64,000 nucleotides of DNA from a virus (IMGVR_UViG_3300021399_000158:2920-66919), one strand, 5' to 3'; numbered from the stretch's first letter, positions 46,376-56,600 are shown. Notes: generated by a model not told the origin, from the letters alone. Made by a program: numbers and translations.

Positions 46376-47044
46376 ATGAAAATAATCAAACCGAGCTACG
46401 AGATCCTGACACCAATATCTGATGGTGGGATCAAAGAACTGCAGCATATTGAGCGGATCGCCAGGGTATGTTATAAGTCAGAAGACAAAATTTCCCCGGA
46501 TGGTGAATCCGCTAAACAATTGATAAAGATGCTAATTAACCGGGAGCATGAAGCCATGTTGGAGCATGGGAGCATCTCGGTTTTATTTATTTGCGATCGT
46601 GGAGTCTCTCATGAGCTTGTACGTCATCGTATGGCTAGCTTCGCTCAGGAGAGCACGAGATATTGTAATTACAGTAAAGGTAAGTTTGGTGGTGAACTGA
46701 CATTCATCAAACCGCCATTTCTTAAACACGAGGAACCATGGCATTTCCACTGTTATCACGCTGAGCAGTCATATTTGAGAATGCTCGAAGAAGGGTATAC
46801 GCCGCAAGAGGCAAGAGACGTGCTCCCAAACAGTCTTAAAACAGAAATCGTAATGACCGCCAACTATCGTGAGTGGCGGCATTTCTTTAAATTGCGGTGT
46901 GCTGAAGCGGCTCACCCGCAGATGAGAGAACTGACAAGACCGTTGCTTAAAGAACTGCACGAGAAGCTGCCAGTTATATTTGATGACATCTATGATGAGT
47001 TCGATAAAAACCCGTTCTTTCACTGGGAGGAGGAAGAGAAATGA
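46376..47044 (+). CDS. thyX: Flavin-dependent thymidylate synthase
   Basis: ThyX signature SHELVRHRMASFAQESTRY, HEAMLEH, EARDVLPNSLKT, FFKLRC. Confidence 0.93.
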   Translation: MKIIKPSYEILTPISDGGIKELQHIERIARVCYKSEDKISPDGESAKQLIKMLINREHEAMLEHGSISVLFICDRGVSHELVRHRMASFAQESTRYCNYSKGKFGGELTFIKPPFLKHEEPWHFHCYHAEQSYLRMLEEGYTPQEARDVLPNSLKTEIVMTANYREWRHFFKLRCAEAAHPQMRELTRPLLKELHEKLPVIFDDIYDEFDKNPFFHWEEEEK

Positions 47045-47535
47045 AAGTTGTAACATCACCTGATAAAGCAGTCACAAACACCGGTTGGAGAGTTTTTCTT
47101 GCTGGTGGTATAACCTATTGTTCTAACTGGCAGGAAAAAGTTATAAATGAACTACTGCATCTTTCAGATTACTATAATCTAGATAACGTAACCGTATTTA
47201 ACCCTAGAAGAGACGATTTCGACTTTACTGATAAGAACGCTGAAATCGAGCAGATCAAATGGGAACACGAATGGCTAACGCGATGCGATATCTTCTCCTG
47301 TTTCTTTGAAGCAAGTGAGAGCATTCAACCAATCTCCCTATATGAACTTGGCAGGTATGGCAAAAGCAAAAATTATGATCCGGTCATCACAGTGCAAAAA
47401 GGATATTTGCGAGAGCGTGACGTGCTGATTCAGACTGCTGTTGATAAGCTCCCAGTAAATTATATCTCAGGAGAGGATGCTATTTTGCAGCATGCCAGAA
47501 GCATTGCGCAAAGAATACAGGAGGCAAAAGGATGA
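47041..47535 (+). CDS. Nucleoside 2-deoxyribosyltransferase-like protein
   Basis: VFLAGGI...WQ...VFNPRR...QIKWE...CD...ISLYELG. Confidence 0.75.
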   Translation: MKVVTSPDKAVTNTGWRVFLAGGITYCSNWQEKVINELLHLSDYYNLDNVTVFNPRRDDFDFTDKNAEIEQIKWEHEWLTRCDIFSCFFEASESIQPISLYELGRYGKSKNYDPVITVQKGYLRERDVLIQTAVDKLPVNYISGEDAILQHARSIAQRIQEAKG

Positions 47536-47786
47536 ACAAATCTGATTGGGAGATTTATAGAGACATGGTCCTGAAGGAATGTATCATGAGTGATACGCCT
47601 TTGCATAGTCATGGTGAGAAGAGTCAGGCACCTAAAGTGCTCACAACACTTAAGATCACAAACAACGACCGCATGGATTCACTTATCAGAGTGCTCACTT
47701 CTGAAGGTTATATTCTGATTATCGAACGTAAAGAGTCCTATACAGGAGCATACTACCTGGTAGGCGTATGTAAGGAGGTTGAGTGA
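47532..47786 (+). CDS. Hypothetical protein
   Basis: ATGA-coupled. Confidence 0.5.
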   Translation: MNKSDWEIYRDMVLKECIMSDTPLHSHGEKSQAPKVLTTLKITNNDRMDSLIRVLTSEGYILIIERKESYTGAYYLVGVCKEVE

Positions 47787-48346
47787 TGAAGGATAAGATT
47801 TGTCCTTATTGCGGAAGCAAGGCGACACATTTGACAGATAATGTTACTGATCCACTTAATCCGACTTATCTTTGCGATACTTGTGATCGTCTCTTTACCG
47901 AAAAAGAACTAAAAGAAGCCTACAATATTTGTAAGAAATGCACAAAGGATGGTTTGTGCAAGCGCCAGGCTTCCTTTTACGACCACGATCAGTATGTTAT
48001 ATCCTGCGACGAATACGACGAAGCTACTACGGGTCTTGATCCCGAGTGGACATTCAACCAGTCCGCAAAAGCTGATGCTGGAAAAGCGCCTTTAACGTTA
48101 GTCCCTCTGGACATACTGTTTGATATTTCTCGTGTACGGGAATATGGTAATAAGAAGTATGGAGATCCAGACAACTGGAAGACTGTTGAGGTCGAACGTT
48201 ACAGAGATGCGTTTTTCAGACACTGGTGCGCATATTTGCAGGATCCATACGGTCTGGATGAGGAATCTGGTCTTCCGCATCTATGGCACTGTGAATGCAA
48301 TCTTGCATTTATAGCAGCTTTAGAGAAGGATAAATTCAACAAATAA
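47783..48346 (+). CDS. Zn finger plus dATP/dGTP diphosphohydrolase (DUF5664-like)
   Basis: N-terminal CPYC...CDTC; C-terminal KADAGK..LTLVP...YGNKKY..DNW...RH...DEESGLPHLWH. Confidence 0.8.
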   Translation: MMKDKICPYCGSKATHLTDNVTDPLNPTYLCDTCDRLFTEKELKEAYNICKKCTKDGLCKRQASFYDHDQYVISCDEYDEATTGLDPEWTFNQSAKADAGKAPLTLVPLDILFDISRVREYGNKKYGDPDNWKTVEVERYRDAFFRHWCAYLQDPYGLDEESGLPHLWHCECNLAFIAALEKDKFNK

Positions 48347-48476
48347 ACTCCTGGCAGCCATGGTCAGTTATAACGAAAGAATAGATATATGATTATCATC
48401 GATTACAGATTGTTTTTCTTCTAGTGCTATCTTGTGGACTACAATCTTGGATATTTACCATGGCTGTTGGGGGTTT
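48345..48476 (+). ncRNA. Long-stem structured RNA candidate A
   Basis: 20-bp stem 48345-48364/48457-48476, fully paired on + strand when four G-U pairs are allowed. Confidence 0.55.
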
Positions 48477-48486
48477 CATATTTTAA

Positions 48487-48577
48487 AAAAGACTCAAACG
48501 ATCATGTTTTGGTGTTTTATCGTTAACTATTTATACCCCTTATTCCGAACGGCTTACATGGTCGTTTGAGTTCTTTT
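48487..48577 (+). ncRNA. Long-stem structured RNA candidate B
   Basis: About 20-bp stem AAGACTCAAACGATCATGT / ACATGGTCGTTTGAGTTCTT with one G-U pair and one bulge. Confidence 0.5.
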
Positions 48578-48595
48578 ATATTTCGGAGGTTAGTA

Positions 48596-48754
48596 ATGGA
48601 GCAAACTAAAGTATACATGGATGCTAACGGTATTCAAATCGAAAAGCCTAACCATGAAGAGGAATTCAGAATCCAAATGATCGAGCAGATGAAAGAACTT
48701 AATTCTACACTTAAAGACATAGAAGCCCAACTCGATATGATTAGGAGGAAGTAA
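48596..48754 (+). CDS. Small coiled-coil protein
   Basis: GGAGG RBS before ATG 48596. Confidence 0.5.
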   Translation: MEQTKVYMDANGIQIEKPNHEEEFRIQMIEQMKELNSTLKDIEAQLDMIRRK

Positions 48755-48894
48755 TGACTGTCATATTAGCTATAACCGGATTCATATCTGCAGTAAGTTT
48801 GATAGCTGCCACAATGACTCTTATTGGGCTTGTAGCATTCACGGATCTCCACGACCGAATGATGGACTGGGTATGCCATAAGCTTTGGTGGTGA
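48754..48894 (+). CDS. 46-aa membrane protein (absent from ORF track)
   Basis: TAATG-coupled, AGGAGG RBS, long hydrophobic helix. Confidence 0.5.
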   Translation: MTVILAITGFISAVSLIAATMTLIGLVAFTDLHDRMMDWVCHKLWW

Positions 48895-48895
48895 T

Positions 48896-48920
48896 TCGTA
48901 AAAATTACAACCCTTATAGT
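48896..48920 (+). promoter_or_regulatory. TCGTAA-N13-TATAGT promoter motif 8
   Basis: Followed by tRNA-like RNA. Confidence 0.8.
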
Positions 48921-48921
48921 A

Positions 48922-49011
48922 GGAAGGCACATAGCTTAAGACGCCAATAACGATGGAAAATAAAGCGCCGCAATTGAGCGGAGATGCGTAACGAACCCGC
49001 TGTGCAATTCC
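48922..49011 (+). ncRNA. tRNA-like small RNA (non-canonical)
   Basis: GGAA/TTCC and GCACA/TGTGC terminal pairing, TAGCTTAA D-arm-like start, CCGC/GCGG stem, degenerate T-arm GCG...CGAACCCGC; no 3' CCA. Confidence 0.5.
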
Positions 49012-49050
49012 TATATTTTTTCGCTTGGTGTTTTAGAAAGGAGCAAGTAC

Positions 49051-49293
49051 ATGAAACACTACATTGTTAATGGTTTGGCTATTGTAGGAGGAGGCTTCAT
49101 AGTCACTAAAGCAACTGGATATTTTCTAAAGAGATACAGAAAGCAGATCAAAGCTTCTGTAATCGACAAGGTTGCGAACTTCTTCTCAGAAGACGAAGAC
49201 CAGCCTGATGAGGAAGTCGAAGATAAGAAAGACGACCCTCTTGTAGCAGCTTTTGCTGCATATTTGAACGCTAAGAAAGGAGCAAAGAAATGA
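49051..49293 (+). CDS. Membrane-anchored hypothetical protein
   Basis: GAAAGGAG RBS; N-terminal TM, acidic middle. Confidence 0.6.
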   Translation: MKHYIVNGLAIVGGGFIVTKATGYFLKRYRKQIKASVIDKVANFFSEDEDQPDEEVEDKKDDPLVAAFAAYLNAKKGAKK

Positions 49294-50057
49294 ATTTAGC
49301 ACCGATAAAGATGTTTCTGTCATCCAACTCATCATCCATATTAGTTGGGATTGGAATCGCTGGTGTTGTCGCTACTGCTGTTTCATCTGGCAAAGCTGCT
49401 GTTAAGGCAAGCCATATTTTAGAGGAACTTGAGTACATGTCTGATGAACCGCCAACAACAAAAGAAAAAGTTAAAGCAGTAGCGCCTACATTTGTTACGC
49501 CGGTCATATTTGGTGCAACAACAATTGCGTGTTTTTGTGGAGCGCATTCAATTGATTTGAGAAAACAGGCGACAGCAGCTCTTGTAGCGGCAACGAGTAA
49601 ACGCACTGCCGAAGAAACGGAGGCTAAAGTTGAAGAGTTATTTGGTGGAAAGAAAGCCAAAGCGGTTAAGGACGAAATCGCGAAGGACGAAGTCAAAGAG
49701 AAGCCGCCTAAAAAAGATGATATTTGGCATACTGGAAACGGTTCAATTGTTATGCGAGATGGTGTTATGGGCGGACCAGATTTCGAAACGGACCTTGAAG
49801 TCTTAAAGTCGGTGTTCAATCAACTTAATAACAGACTCAACCAGTATGAAAATGTAACTGTAAATGATTTGAAGTACGCCTTAGGATTGCCTCAAATCGA
49901 ACTGGGTGAGGATTTAGGCTGGGTAGGAGGCGAACAGCTGGATCCATATTGGACTGTGGTTGATTTGGAAAAGGACCTCATGATCACGACAACTGACGAC
50001 TTCCGTGAAATCTATGTTCTGAAGTACAATCTTCCGGCATATTTGCCGAATTCGTAA
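49290..50057 (+). CDS. DUF6353-like protein (paralog 1)
   Basis: SSILVGIGIAGVVATAV...KA TM, then NVTVNDLKYALGL...GW. Confidence 0.6.
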   Translation: MNLAPIKMFLSSNSSSILVGIGIAGVVATAVSSGKAAVKASHILEELEYMSDEPPTTKEKVKAVAPTFVTPVIFGATTIACFCGAHSIDLRKQATAALVAATSKRTAEETEAKVEELFGGKKAKAVKDEIAKDEVKEKPPKKDDIWHTGNGSIVMRDGVMGGPDFETDLEVLKSVFNQLNNRLNQYENVTVNDLKYALGLPQIELGEDLGWVGGEQLDPYWTVVDLEKDLMITTTDDFREIYVLKYNLPAYLPNS

Positions 50058-50076
50058 TAATTACAACCCCTATAGT
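50052..50076 (+). promoter_or_regulatory. TCGTAA-N13-TATAGT promoter motif 9
   Basis: Overlaps stop of previous gene. Confidence 0.8.
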
Positions 50077-50121
50077 AGCAAGCAAACACTATTGATTATA
50101 TTTGAAAAAGGAGGCATTATC

Positions 50122-50430
50122 ATGTCGAACATTGAAAACACAGTAGTAGAACAGGCAGTTGAAAACGGAGCTGAAATCGTCAGCGAAGCAGTAACCAAAG
50201 TCGGAGGTCACAAAATGGTGACTATCGCCGTAACGGCAGCAGCGGCAACTGGAATTGGTGTTGGTGGTTACTTGGTAATCAAGAAGATCAAGAAGGCTAA
50301 AGCTGAGAAGTCGGAAGGCGAACAGAAGCCAAAGAAGACACGGCCTTGGAGAAGAAAGAAAGTTGAGGATTTGGATCCGGAAATGGTAGTCGAGGACTAC
50401 ACTGAGGAAGAAAACGAAGACAAGAAATAA
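50122..50430 (+). CDS. Membrane-anchored protein with basic then acidic tail
   Basis: AAAGGAGG RBS; TM VTIAVTAAAATGIGVGGYLVI. Confidence 0.6.
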   Translation: MSNIENTVVEQAVENGAEIVSEAVTKVGGHKMVTIAVTAAAATGIGVGGYLVIKKIKKAKAEKSEGEQKPKKTRPWRRKKVEDLDPEMVVEDYTEEENEDKK

Positions 50431-50469
50431 AACCAAAAAGAATTAGTTAAAGTGTTGGAAGCAAGATTA

Positions 50470-50500
50470 GCGGGTTGTTAATACAACCTGCTTTTCTTTT
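50470..50500 (+). terminator. Intrinsic terminator
   Basis: GCGGGTTGT-TAAT-ACAACCTGC plus T tract. Confidence 0.7.
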
Positions 50501-50524
50501 GCCTCATATTTGAAAGGAGTTCTC

Positions 50525-51145
50525 ATGGCTGACAAAATTCCACGGACAATGGACTCATTTAAGCCAAATTCCCATAAGTCCAAGGCTGAGAAAGAAAAGC
50601 ACGTAGAAAAAGTTGTCCAAGGTCAAGTCCAAACTCGTAAAAAATCTCCTGGAAGAAAGTTTGCAGAAACATTTTTGAGCGATGACATAGAAAACGTCAA
50701 AGGATATTTGCTCTTCGATGTGGTCGTGCCGACAATTAAGGACACGATCAGCAACGTTATATCCTCAGGCGTTGATATGTTGCTTTTCGGAGAGTCAAGA
50801 GGAGGCGGGTCGCACAAAGACAGAGGCCCGTATGTGTCATATTCTAGCTACTACAACAAAAAAGAAAAGAGGCAGACATCAGAGCGCTCTCGAAATAGGC
50901 ATGACTTCCGTGACATTATTCTCGACAGCAGAGGTGAAGCAGAGGAAGTCCTGTCAAACATGGTTGATATTTTGTATGACTTTGGAGAAGTGAGCGTCGC
51001 AGATCTGTATGATCTCTGCGGCATATCTAATTCCAACTGGACAGATAATAAGTACGGATGGACGGACTTGTCCGGCGCAAGCGTGAAGCGGGCTCGGGGA
51101 GGCGGATATTTGATTGACCTGCCAAGGGCAGAGCAGATTAACTAA
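50525..51145 (+). CDS. Conserved-looking phage hypothetical protein
   Basis: GAAAGGAG RBS; C-terminal VSVADLYDLCG...YGWTDL...GGYLIDLP. Confidence 0.65.
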   Translation: MADKIPRTMDSFKPNSHKSKAEKEKHVEKVVQGQVQTRKKSPGRKFAETFLSDDIENVKGYLLFDVVVPTIKDTISNVISSGVDMLLFGESRGGGSHKDRGPYVSYSSYYNKKEKRQTSERSRNRHDFRDIILDSRGEAEEVLSNMVDILYDFGEVSVADLYDLCGISNSNWTDNKYGWTDLSGASVKRARGGGYLIDLPRAEQIN

Positions 51146-51173
51146 TGAACAGAGAGTATTTGGAGGAATTGAA

Positions 51174-52112
51174 ATGAAACTTGATATTTTAGCTAAAGCT
51201 GGAACACTCATGGGCAGAACTGGCTTAAAGATTCAGAAAGCATCACCTGAGATTCTCATTGGTGTAGGAATCGCTGCACTTATTGGCGGCGGTGTTGTTG
51301 CTTGTAAGGCGACATTAAAGGTTGATGATATTTTGGCAGAAGCAAATGAGGAAATCGATAAGATTCACGAAGTCAAAGATATTGTTGAGTCTGGCGAAGA
51401 ACTGCCTGACGGTAAGGAATACTCAGATATCGATTACACAAGAGACTTGGTAACGGTATATTCTCGCACTGCGTTCAAAATGGCTAAGAATTATTGGCTG
51501 GCATTTGCACTTGGCGGTGTTGGTGTCGCTTCTATTCTTGGAGGTTACAAGATCCTTAACGGTAGATTTGTTGCCGCAACTGCAGCTTACACAGCGGTTA
51601 GCAATGCATATTCTGAATACAGAAAAAGAGTTCGCGAAGAAATGGGCGAAGAAGCTGATCGTCATTTTAAGTACGGAACAGAAAAAGTCAAAGATATTGA
51701 AATCACGGAAGATGATGGCAATGGGAACATCAAAACAAAGAAGGTGAAGAATCAGGATGTAATCAGTGGGCTTGGATATTCTGAGTATGCTAAATTCTTT
51801 GATTCAGCGTCTGAGCATTGGCAGAAAAGTCCTGAATACAATCTAATGTTCCTCAAGCAACAGCAGCAGTACGCGAACGACCTGCTCCAGACTCGTGGCC
51901 ACGTATTTCTGAATGAGGTTTATGACATGCTTGGTCTTCCTAGAACTCAGGCTGGTTCCATTGTTGGCTGGGTAAAGGGCAATGGAGACGATTTCATCGA
52001 TTTCGGAATGTATGACTACACGAGAGAAGTAGTTCGCGATTTCGTTAACGGTTATGAAAGCGTTATTCTGCTGGACTTCAATGTCGATGGGGTAATCTGG
52101 GACAAGATTTGA
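51174..52112 (+). CDS. DUF6353-like protein (paralog 2)
   Basis: SPEILIGVGIAALIGGGVVACKAT...GHVFLNEVYDMLG...IVGW...LDFNVDGVIWDKI. Confidence 0.65.
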   Translation: MKLDILAKAGTLMGRTGLKIQKASPEILIGVGIAALIGGGVVACKATLKVDDILAEANEEIDKIHEVKDIVESGEELPDGKEYSDIDYTRDLVTVYSRTAFKMAKNYWLAFALGGVGVASILGGYKILNGRFVAATAAYTAVSNAYSEYRKRVREEMGEEADRHFKYGTEKVKDIEITEDDGNGNIKTKKVKNQDVISGLGYSEYAKFFDSASEHWQKSPEYNLMFLKQQQQYANDLLQTRGHVFLNEVYDMLGLPRTQAGSIVGWVKGNGDDFIDFGMYDYTREVVRDFVNGYESVILLDFNVDGVIWDKI

Positions 52113-52189
52113 ATGTCTGGTCTGGGGGCTCCTGGTTCTGGAGTTCCCAGTGATATTTTCTCACTATGGGTATGAAAGGAGTAAACACT

Positions 52190-52363
52190 ATGGCCGATAA
52201 GCCAAATAAAACTTCCGATCAGCTTAAAGTTGTTTGCAAACACCTCGAGGATATTTCACGGTCACTTAGAATCTTAGCAGGAAGAGAGGATCCACTTGAC
52301 AAGGTTATAAAGCCTAAGACGTACGCCGATTCATATTTTGCTAGAAGTGAAAGAAAGGAGTAA
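52190..52363 (+). CDS. Small hypothetical protein
   Basis: GAAAGGAG RBS before ATG 52190. Confidence 0.5.
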   Translation: MADKPNKTSDQLKVVCKHLEDISRSLRILAGREDPLDKVIKPKTYADSYFARSERKE

Positions 52364-52365
52364 AC

Positions 52366-52914
52366 ATGGGGGCAATTAAACTTTTAGTAGCTTTTGCTGC
52401 TGGAGCAGGTTGTGGTATATTTGCAACCCGTTCTTATTTTGCCAGTAAATACCAAGACATAGCCGACGAAGAAATAGCTTCTATGAAGGAAGTAATTGAT
52501 AGGAAAATCGCAGAAGACCACATGGATAAGGAAATCACCGACCAATACCACAAGGAAGTTGATAACTATATTTCGTCCGTACCACCTACTAAAGCCAAGC
52601 CTTGGCCAAAAAGAAAAGAAGTTGAAGAATCGCCTTCTGAATTTGACGCTCCGTTTGAAATAAACACTGACGAATGGCTGGAAGACGGATATTTTGACAA
52701 ACTTAGTCTTACTTATTATGAAGGCGATAATGTGCTTGTGTCAGACGATGTTGAGACTGATGCAGACGGTCCGTTTGCAGATGTTGAGGACACTATCGGC
52801 ATTGATATTTTCGAAGAATTCAGATCCGGTCCAGAAGATGAGATTTACGTCCGCAATCCAAATACTGGTATAGACTACATGATTGTAAAAGACCCACGCA
52901 AGTACAATGAGTAA
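52366..52914 (+). CDS. Membrane-anchored acidic protein
   Basis: N-terminal TM; YYEGDNVL...EIYVRN...DY motif. Confidence 0.65.
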   Translation: MGAIKLLVAFAAGAGCGIFATRSYFASKYQDIADEEIASMKEVIDRKIAEDHMDKEITDQYHKEVDNYISSVPPTKAKPWPKRKEVEESPSEFDAPFEINTDEWLEDGYFDKLSLTYYEGDNVLVSDDVETDADGPFADVEDTIGIDIFEEFRSGPEDEIYVRNPNTGIDYMIVKDPRKYNE

Positions 52915-53434
52915 AAGAACTAAAATAAAAAGAGCATATTTTCTATGGCTTTGCGAAATGTGTGGTGCATTAGACAAAGAAACAGAAACGGGCAGCTATA
53001 TTTTGCTCATGAGTGCTCTTTTTAAGCATGAATTCTATTGGACTGTTGAAATGGACGTTAATCGATCTGATGATGGTAAAGAATTAAGGTCTGAATTTAG
53101 TTCCGATGTCCCGGAAGAGATAGATGGACCATGTAATTTGCTTGAATTATTGCTTGGTTTGGCTCGTAGATGGCATCAGGAAACTCGTTCGGATGGCGAA
53201 AATGATCATTCTAAAGAATACTTTTGGCGTATGATAGGCAATTTGGGGTTGCTCGACTATGATGATGGGCACTTCGATGATAAAAAAGTACGTGAAATTT
53301 TGGATATTTTCGTCGATCGAGAGTATGGTACGGATGGTGTTGGTGGTTTATTTCCCGTTCCTGGTACAGAAAAAGACTTTCGCAAAGTTGAGTTGTGGTA
53401 TCAGTTGCAGGAGTATTTGATTGAAAATCCATGA
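52907..53434 (+). CDS. Conserved-looking phage hypothetical protein
   Basis: F.W....D.NR..DG..LR...CNLLELLLGLARR...GGLFP...ELWYQL. Confidence 0.65.
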   Translation: MSKRTKIKRAYFLWLCEMCGALDKETETGSYILLMSALFKHEFYWTVEMDVNRSDDGKELRSEFSSDVPEEIDGPCNLLELLLGLARRWHQETRSDGENDHSKEYFWRMIGNLGLLDYDDGHFDDKKVREILDIFVDREYGTDGVGGLFPVPGTEKDFRKVELWYQLQEYLIENP

Positions 53435-53435
53435 T

Positions 53436-53670
53436 TTTTAGGTTATACCCGTCTATTTTTTACCAGTTTCCACTATTTTTAGTAGGGTATACTTACGTGA
53501 GTATTTTTTTCTTAATTTTTAAAGAAACTTATATAAGTATAACACCCCAAAAAAGGTGGAAACTGGTAAGACGAAAGAAATCGCCAATTTTTATGTTAAA
53601 AAGTGGAAACTGGTAAGAATTAAAGAAAAGTTATATTTTAGAAGGCAAAAATGGTAATTGGTAAAATTAA
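53436..53670. other. Candidate replication origin
   Basis: AT-rich intergenic region with GTGGAAACTGGTAA at 53556 and 53603 and its inverse at 53460; directly upstream of replicase. Confidence 0.55.
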
Positions 53671-53693
53671 AGAAAGGGGGTGTTTCATAAGAA

Positions 53694-56600
53694 ATGCTAG
53701 ACTTCATGATCGTTTCACAAAACGAAATGATACGGTACAAAAAGAAGATCGTAGAAGTATCCCCCACATTCTTGATTAAGAATAACAGTAAGGACCTTAT
53801 GATTCGAGGCGGCGATTTCTATGCTGTGTGGAATGAGGAAACTGGGTTGTGGTCGACCGACGAAGGAGATGCAATTCAAATCATTGACAGGCTTGTTCAG
53901 CAGGAAACCGAGAAGGTGCAGAAAGAGTATGCCGGAAGCGAAACAATTATACAAACAAAGTATATTTGGAACGCCAAGTCTGGTGTCGTAGACCAGTGGC
54001 ACAAGTATTGTCAGAAGCAGCTCAGGGACAACTACCATCAACTTGATACTAAGGTTATATTTTCTAATACTGATGTTAAGAAAGAAGATTACGTCAGTAA
54101 AAGACTGCCATATCCTTTAGAGGAATGTGCGACACCATCTTACGACGAGCTCATGGGTACTTTATATTCTCCTGAAGAGAGGAGAAAACTTGAGTGGGCC
54201 GTAGGAGCGATCATATCTGGAGACTCTAAGAAAATCCAGAAATTTATAGTTCTGTATGGATCTGCCGGGAGCGGTAAGTCAACGTTCCTTAATATTTTGC
54301 AGATGCTGTTTGAAGGGTATTACTCCTTCTTTGATTCTAAGACTCTTGGGTCGGCGAAGAATGACTTTGCTCTTGAGGATTTCAAGTCAAACCCGTTAGT
54401 AGCCATCCAGCATGACGGAGATCTTAGCCGAATCGAAGACAATACAAAGTTAAATTCTATCGTCTCACATGAAACGATGCTCATCAACGAAAAGTTTAAG
54501 AACAAGTACACGATGAGATTCGATTCGTTTATATTTATGGGTACTAACAAACCTGTAAGAATCACAGAAGCAAAGTCTGGTCTTATCAGAAGGTTGATTG
54601 ATGTCCGTCCTTCCGGGAACCGAATTGATTTCGATCGGTACAATATTCTTATGGAAAAAGTCAAGTTTGAACTTAGTGGGATAGCTTGGCATTGTTTGCA
54701 GGTTTATAAAGAGCTTGGCGATGCGTACTACAACAATTATATTCCTACAGACATGATCTCAGCTACAAACGACTTCTACGACTTTATGGAGAACTATTAC
54801 GACCACTTTTGCAGAGAGCCGTATGTTACATTGGTTGATGTTTGGGCTCTGTATAAAAAGTATTGTGATTTTGCAGATGTTAAGTATAGCTTCTCAATGA
54901 GAGCCGTTCGTACAGAGTTGATGAATTACTTTGAAGAATTTAAGAGGCAGGATGTAATAGACGGTGATCATGTTAGGAATGTCTATATTGGATTCCGAAA
55001 AGACAAGTTCTTCAGTTTTGAAGGAGATGAAGTGAAGAAGAGAACAAGTGATTTGGTTCTTGATAAGACTGAATCTATATTTGACAAAGAATGTGCTTCT
55101 TGTCCTGCTCAGTATGGAAACGATGAAGAGAAACCGATGCGAAAGTGGGAGAATGTTAAAACGACTTTGTCTGATATTGATACATCAAGACTTCACTATG
55201 TAAGAGTCCCGTTGAATCATATTGTCATAGACTTTGATTTAAAGGATGAGAATGGGAACAAGTCTTATGAGAGGAATCTGTTAGAGGCAAGCAAGTGGCC
55301 ATTGACTTACGCAGAACTCAGTAAGGGAGGAGCTGGGATCCATCTTCATTATATTTATGATGGGGATGTCACCGAGCTCAGCAGAGTATATTCCGAAGAC
55401 ATAGAAATCAAAGTCTTCAATGGGAATAGCAGCTTGAGGAGGAAGCTCACCAAGTGCAATGATATTCCTATAGCAACAATCAATAGCGGTCTGCCATTGA
55501 AAGGAGGGAAGAACGTGGTTGATTTTGAGATGATTAAAAGTGAGAAAGCTTTGCGAGGGCGAATCGAAAAGTGCCTTCGTAAGGAGCATCACGGAGCCAC
55601 AGCTCCTGAAGTAGACTTTATATTTAAGATACTTGAGGATGCTTATGCTTCTGGTATGACTTATGACGTTAGTGACATGCGCCCGAAGATATTAGCGTTT
55701 GCTAATAATAGCTCACACCAAAGAGAAAAATGTGTTAAGACTGTAGCTAAGATGCACTTCTATTCCGAGATAAAGGATGACGCTATTCCTTCAGGCCAGT
55801 ACGAATCTGATGAACTGATATTCTTTGATGTCGAAGTGTTTCCTAATCTTTTCGTTGTGGTGTGGAAAGCTGAAGACAAAGACTGTGTTAAGATGATCAA
55901 TCCATCTCCAAGTGATATTTCTGACTTGCTTAGGTTTAAGCTTGTTGGGTTCAACTGTAGAAGATACGACAATCATATTCTTTATGCAAGAACTCTTGGG
56001 TATGACAATCATCAGTTATATTTGCTTTCTCAGAGGATTGTTAATGGCAGCAGGAATTCTATGTTTGGACCTGCATATTCTTTATCGTATACCGATGTTT
56101 ATGACTTTTGCAGTAAGAAGCAGAGTTTGAAGAAATGGGAAATTGAGCTTGGCATCCATCATCAAGAATTAGGATTGAAATGGGACGAAGATGCTCCGGA
56201 AGATAAGTGGGAGCTCGTAGCTGATTATTGTGTTAACGATGTGGTTGCTACAGAAGCAGTATTTAAGGCAAGAAAGCAGGACTTCGTAGCTAGAGAGATC
56301 CTTGCCGATATTTCTGGGCTCACCGTTAATGACACAACAAACAGCCATACAACTCGATTGATTGTTGGAACAGAGAAGAATCCACAGTCTGAGTTCGTTT
56401 ACACTGATCTTAGAGAGATGTTTCCAGGATATACCTTTGACAACGGCAGGTCTACGTATCAAGGAGAAGAAGTTGGAGAAGGCGGGTATGTTTATGCTGA
56501 ACCTGGAATGTATGGGAACGTTGCGCTTCTTGATATTGCTTCCATGCACCCAACTAGCGCTATTAACTTAAACATATTTGGGCCTTATACTAAGAATTTC

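Noticed and set aside
35622-49011. Canonical tRNA genes at 35622 and 48922
   Set aside because: 6-nt anticodon-like loops, no intact GGTTCRA T-loop and no CCA; kept only as tRNA-like ncRNA candidates
33403-50640. TCGTAA at 33403 and 50635 as further promoter copies
   Set aside because: No TATWRY hexamer at the 13-nt spacing
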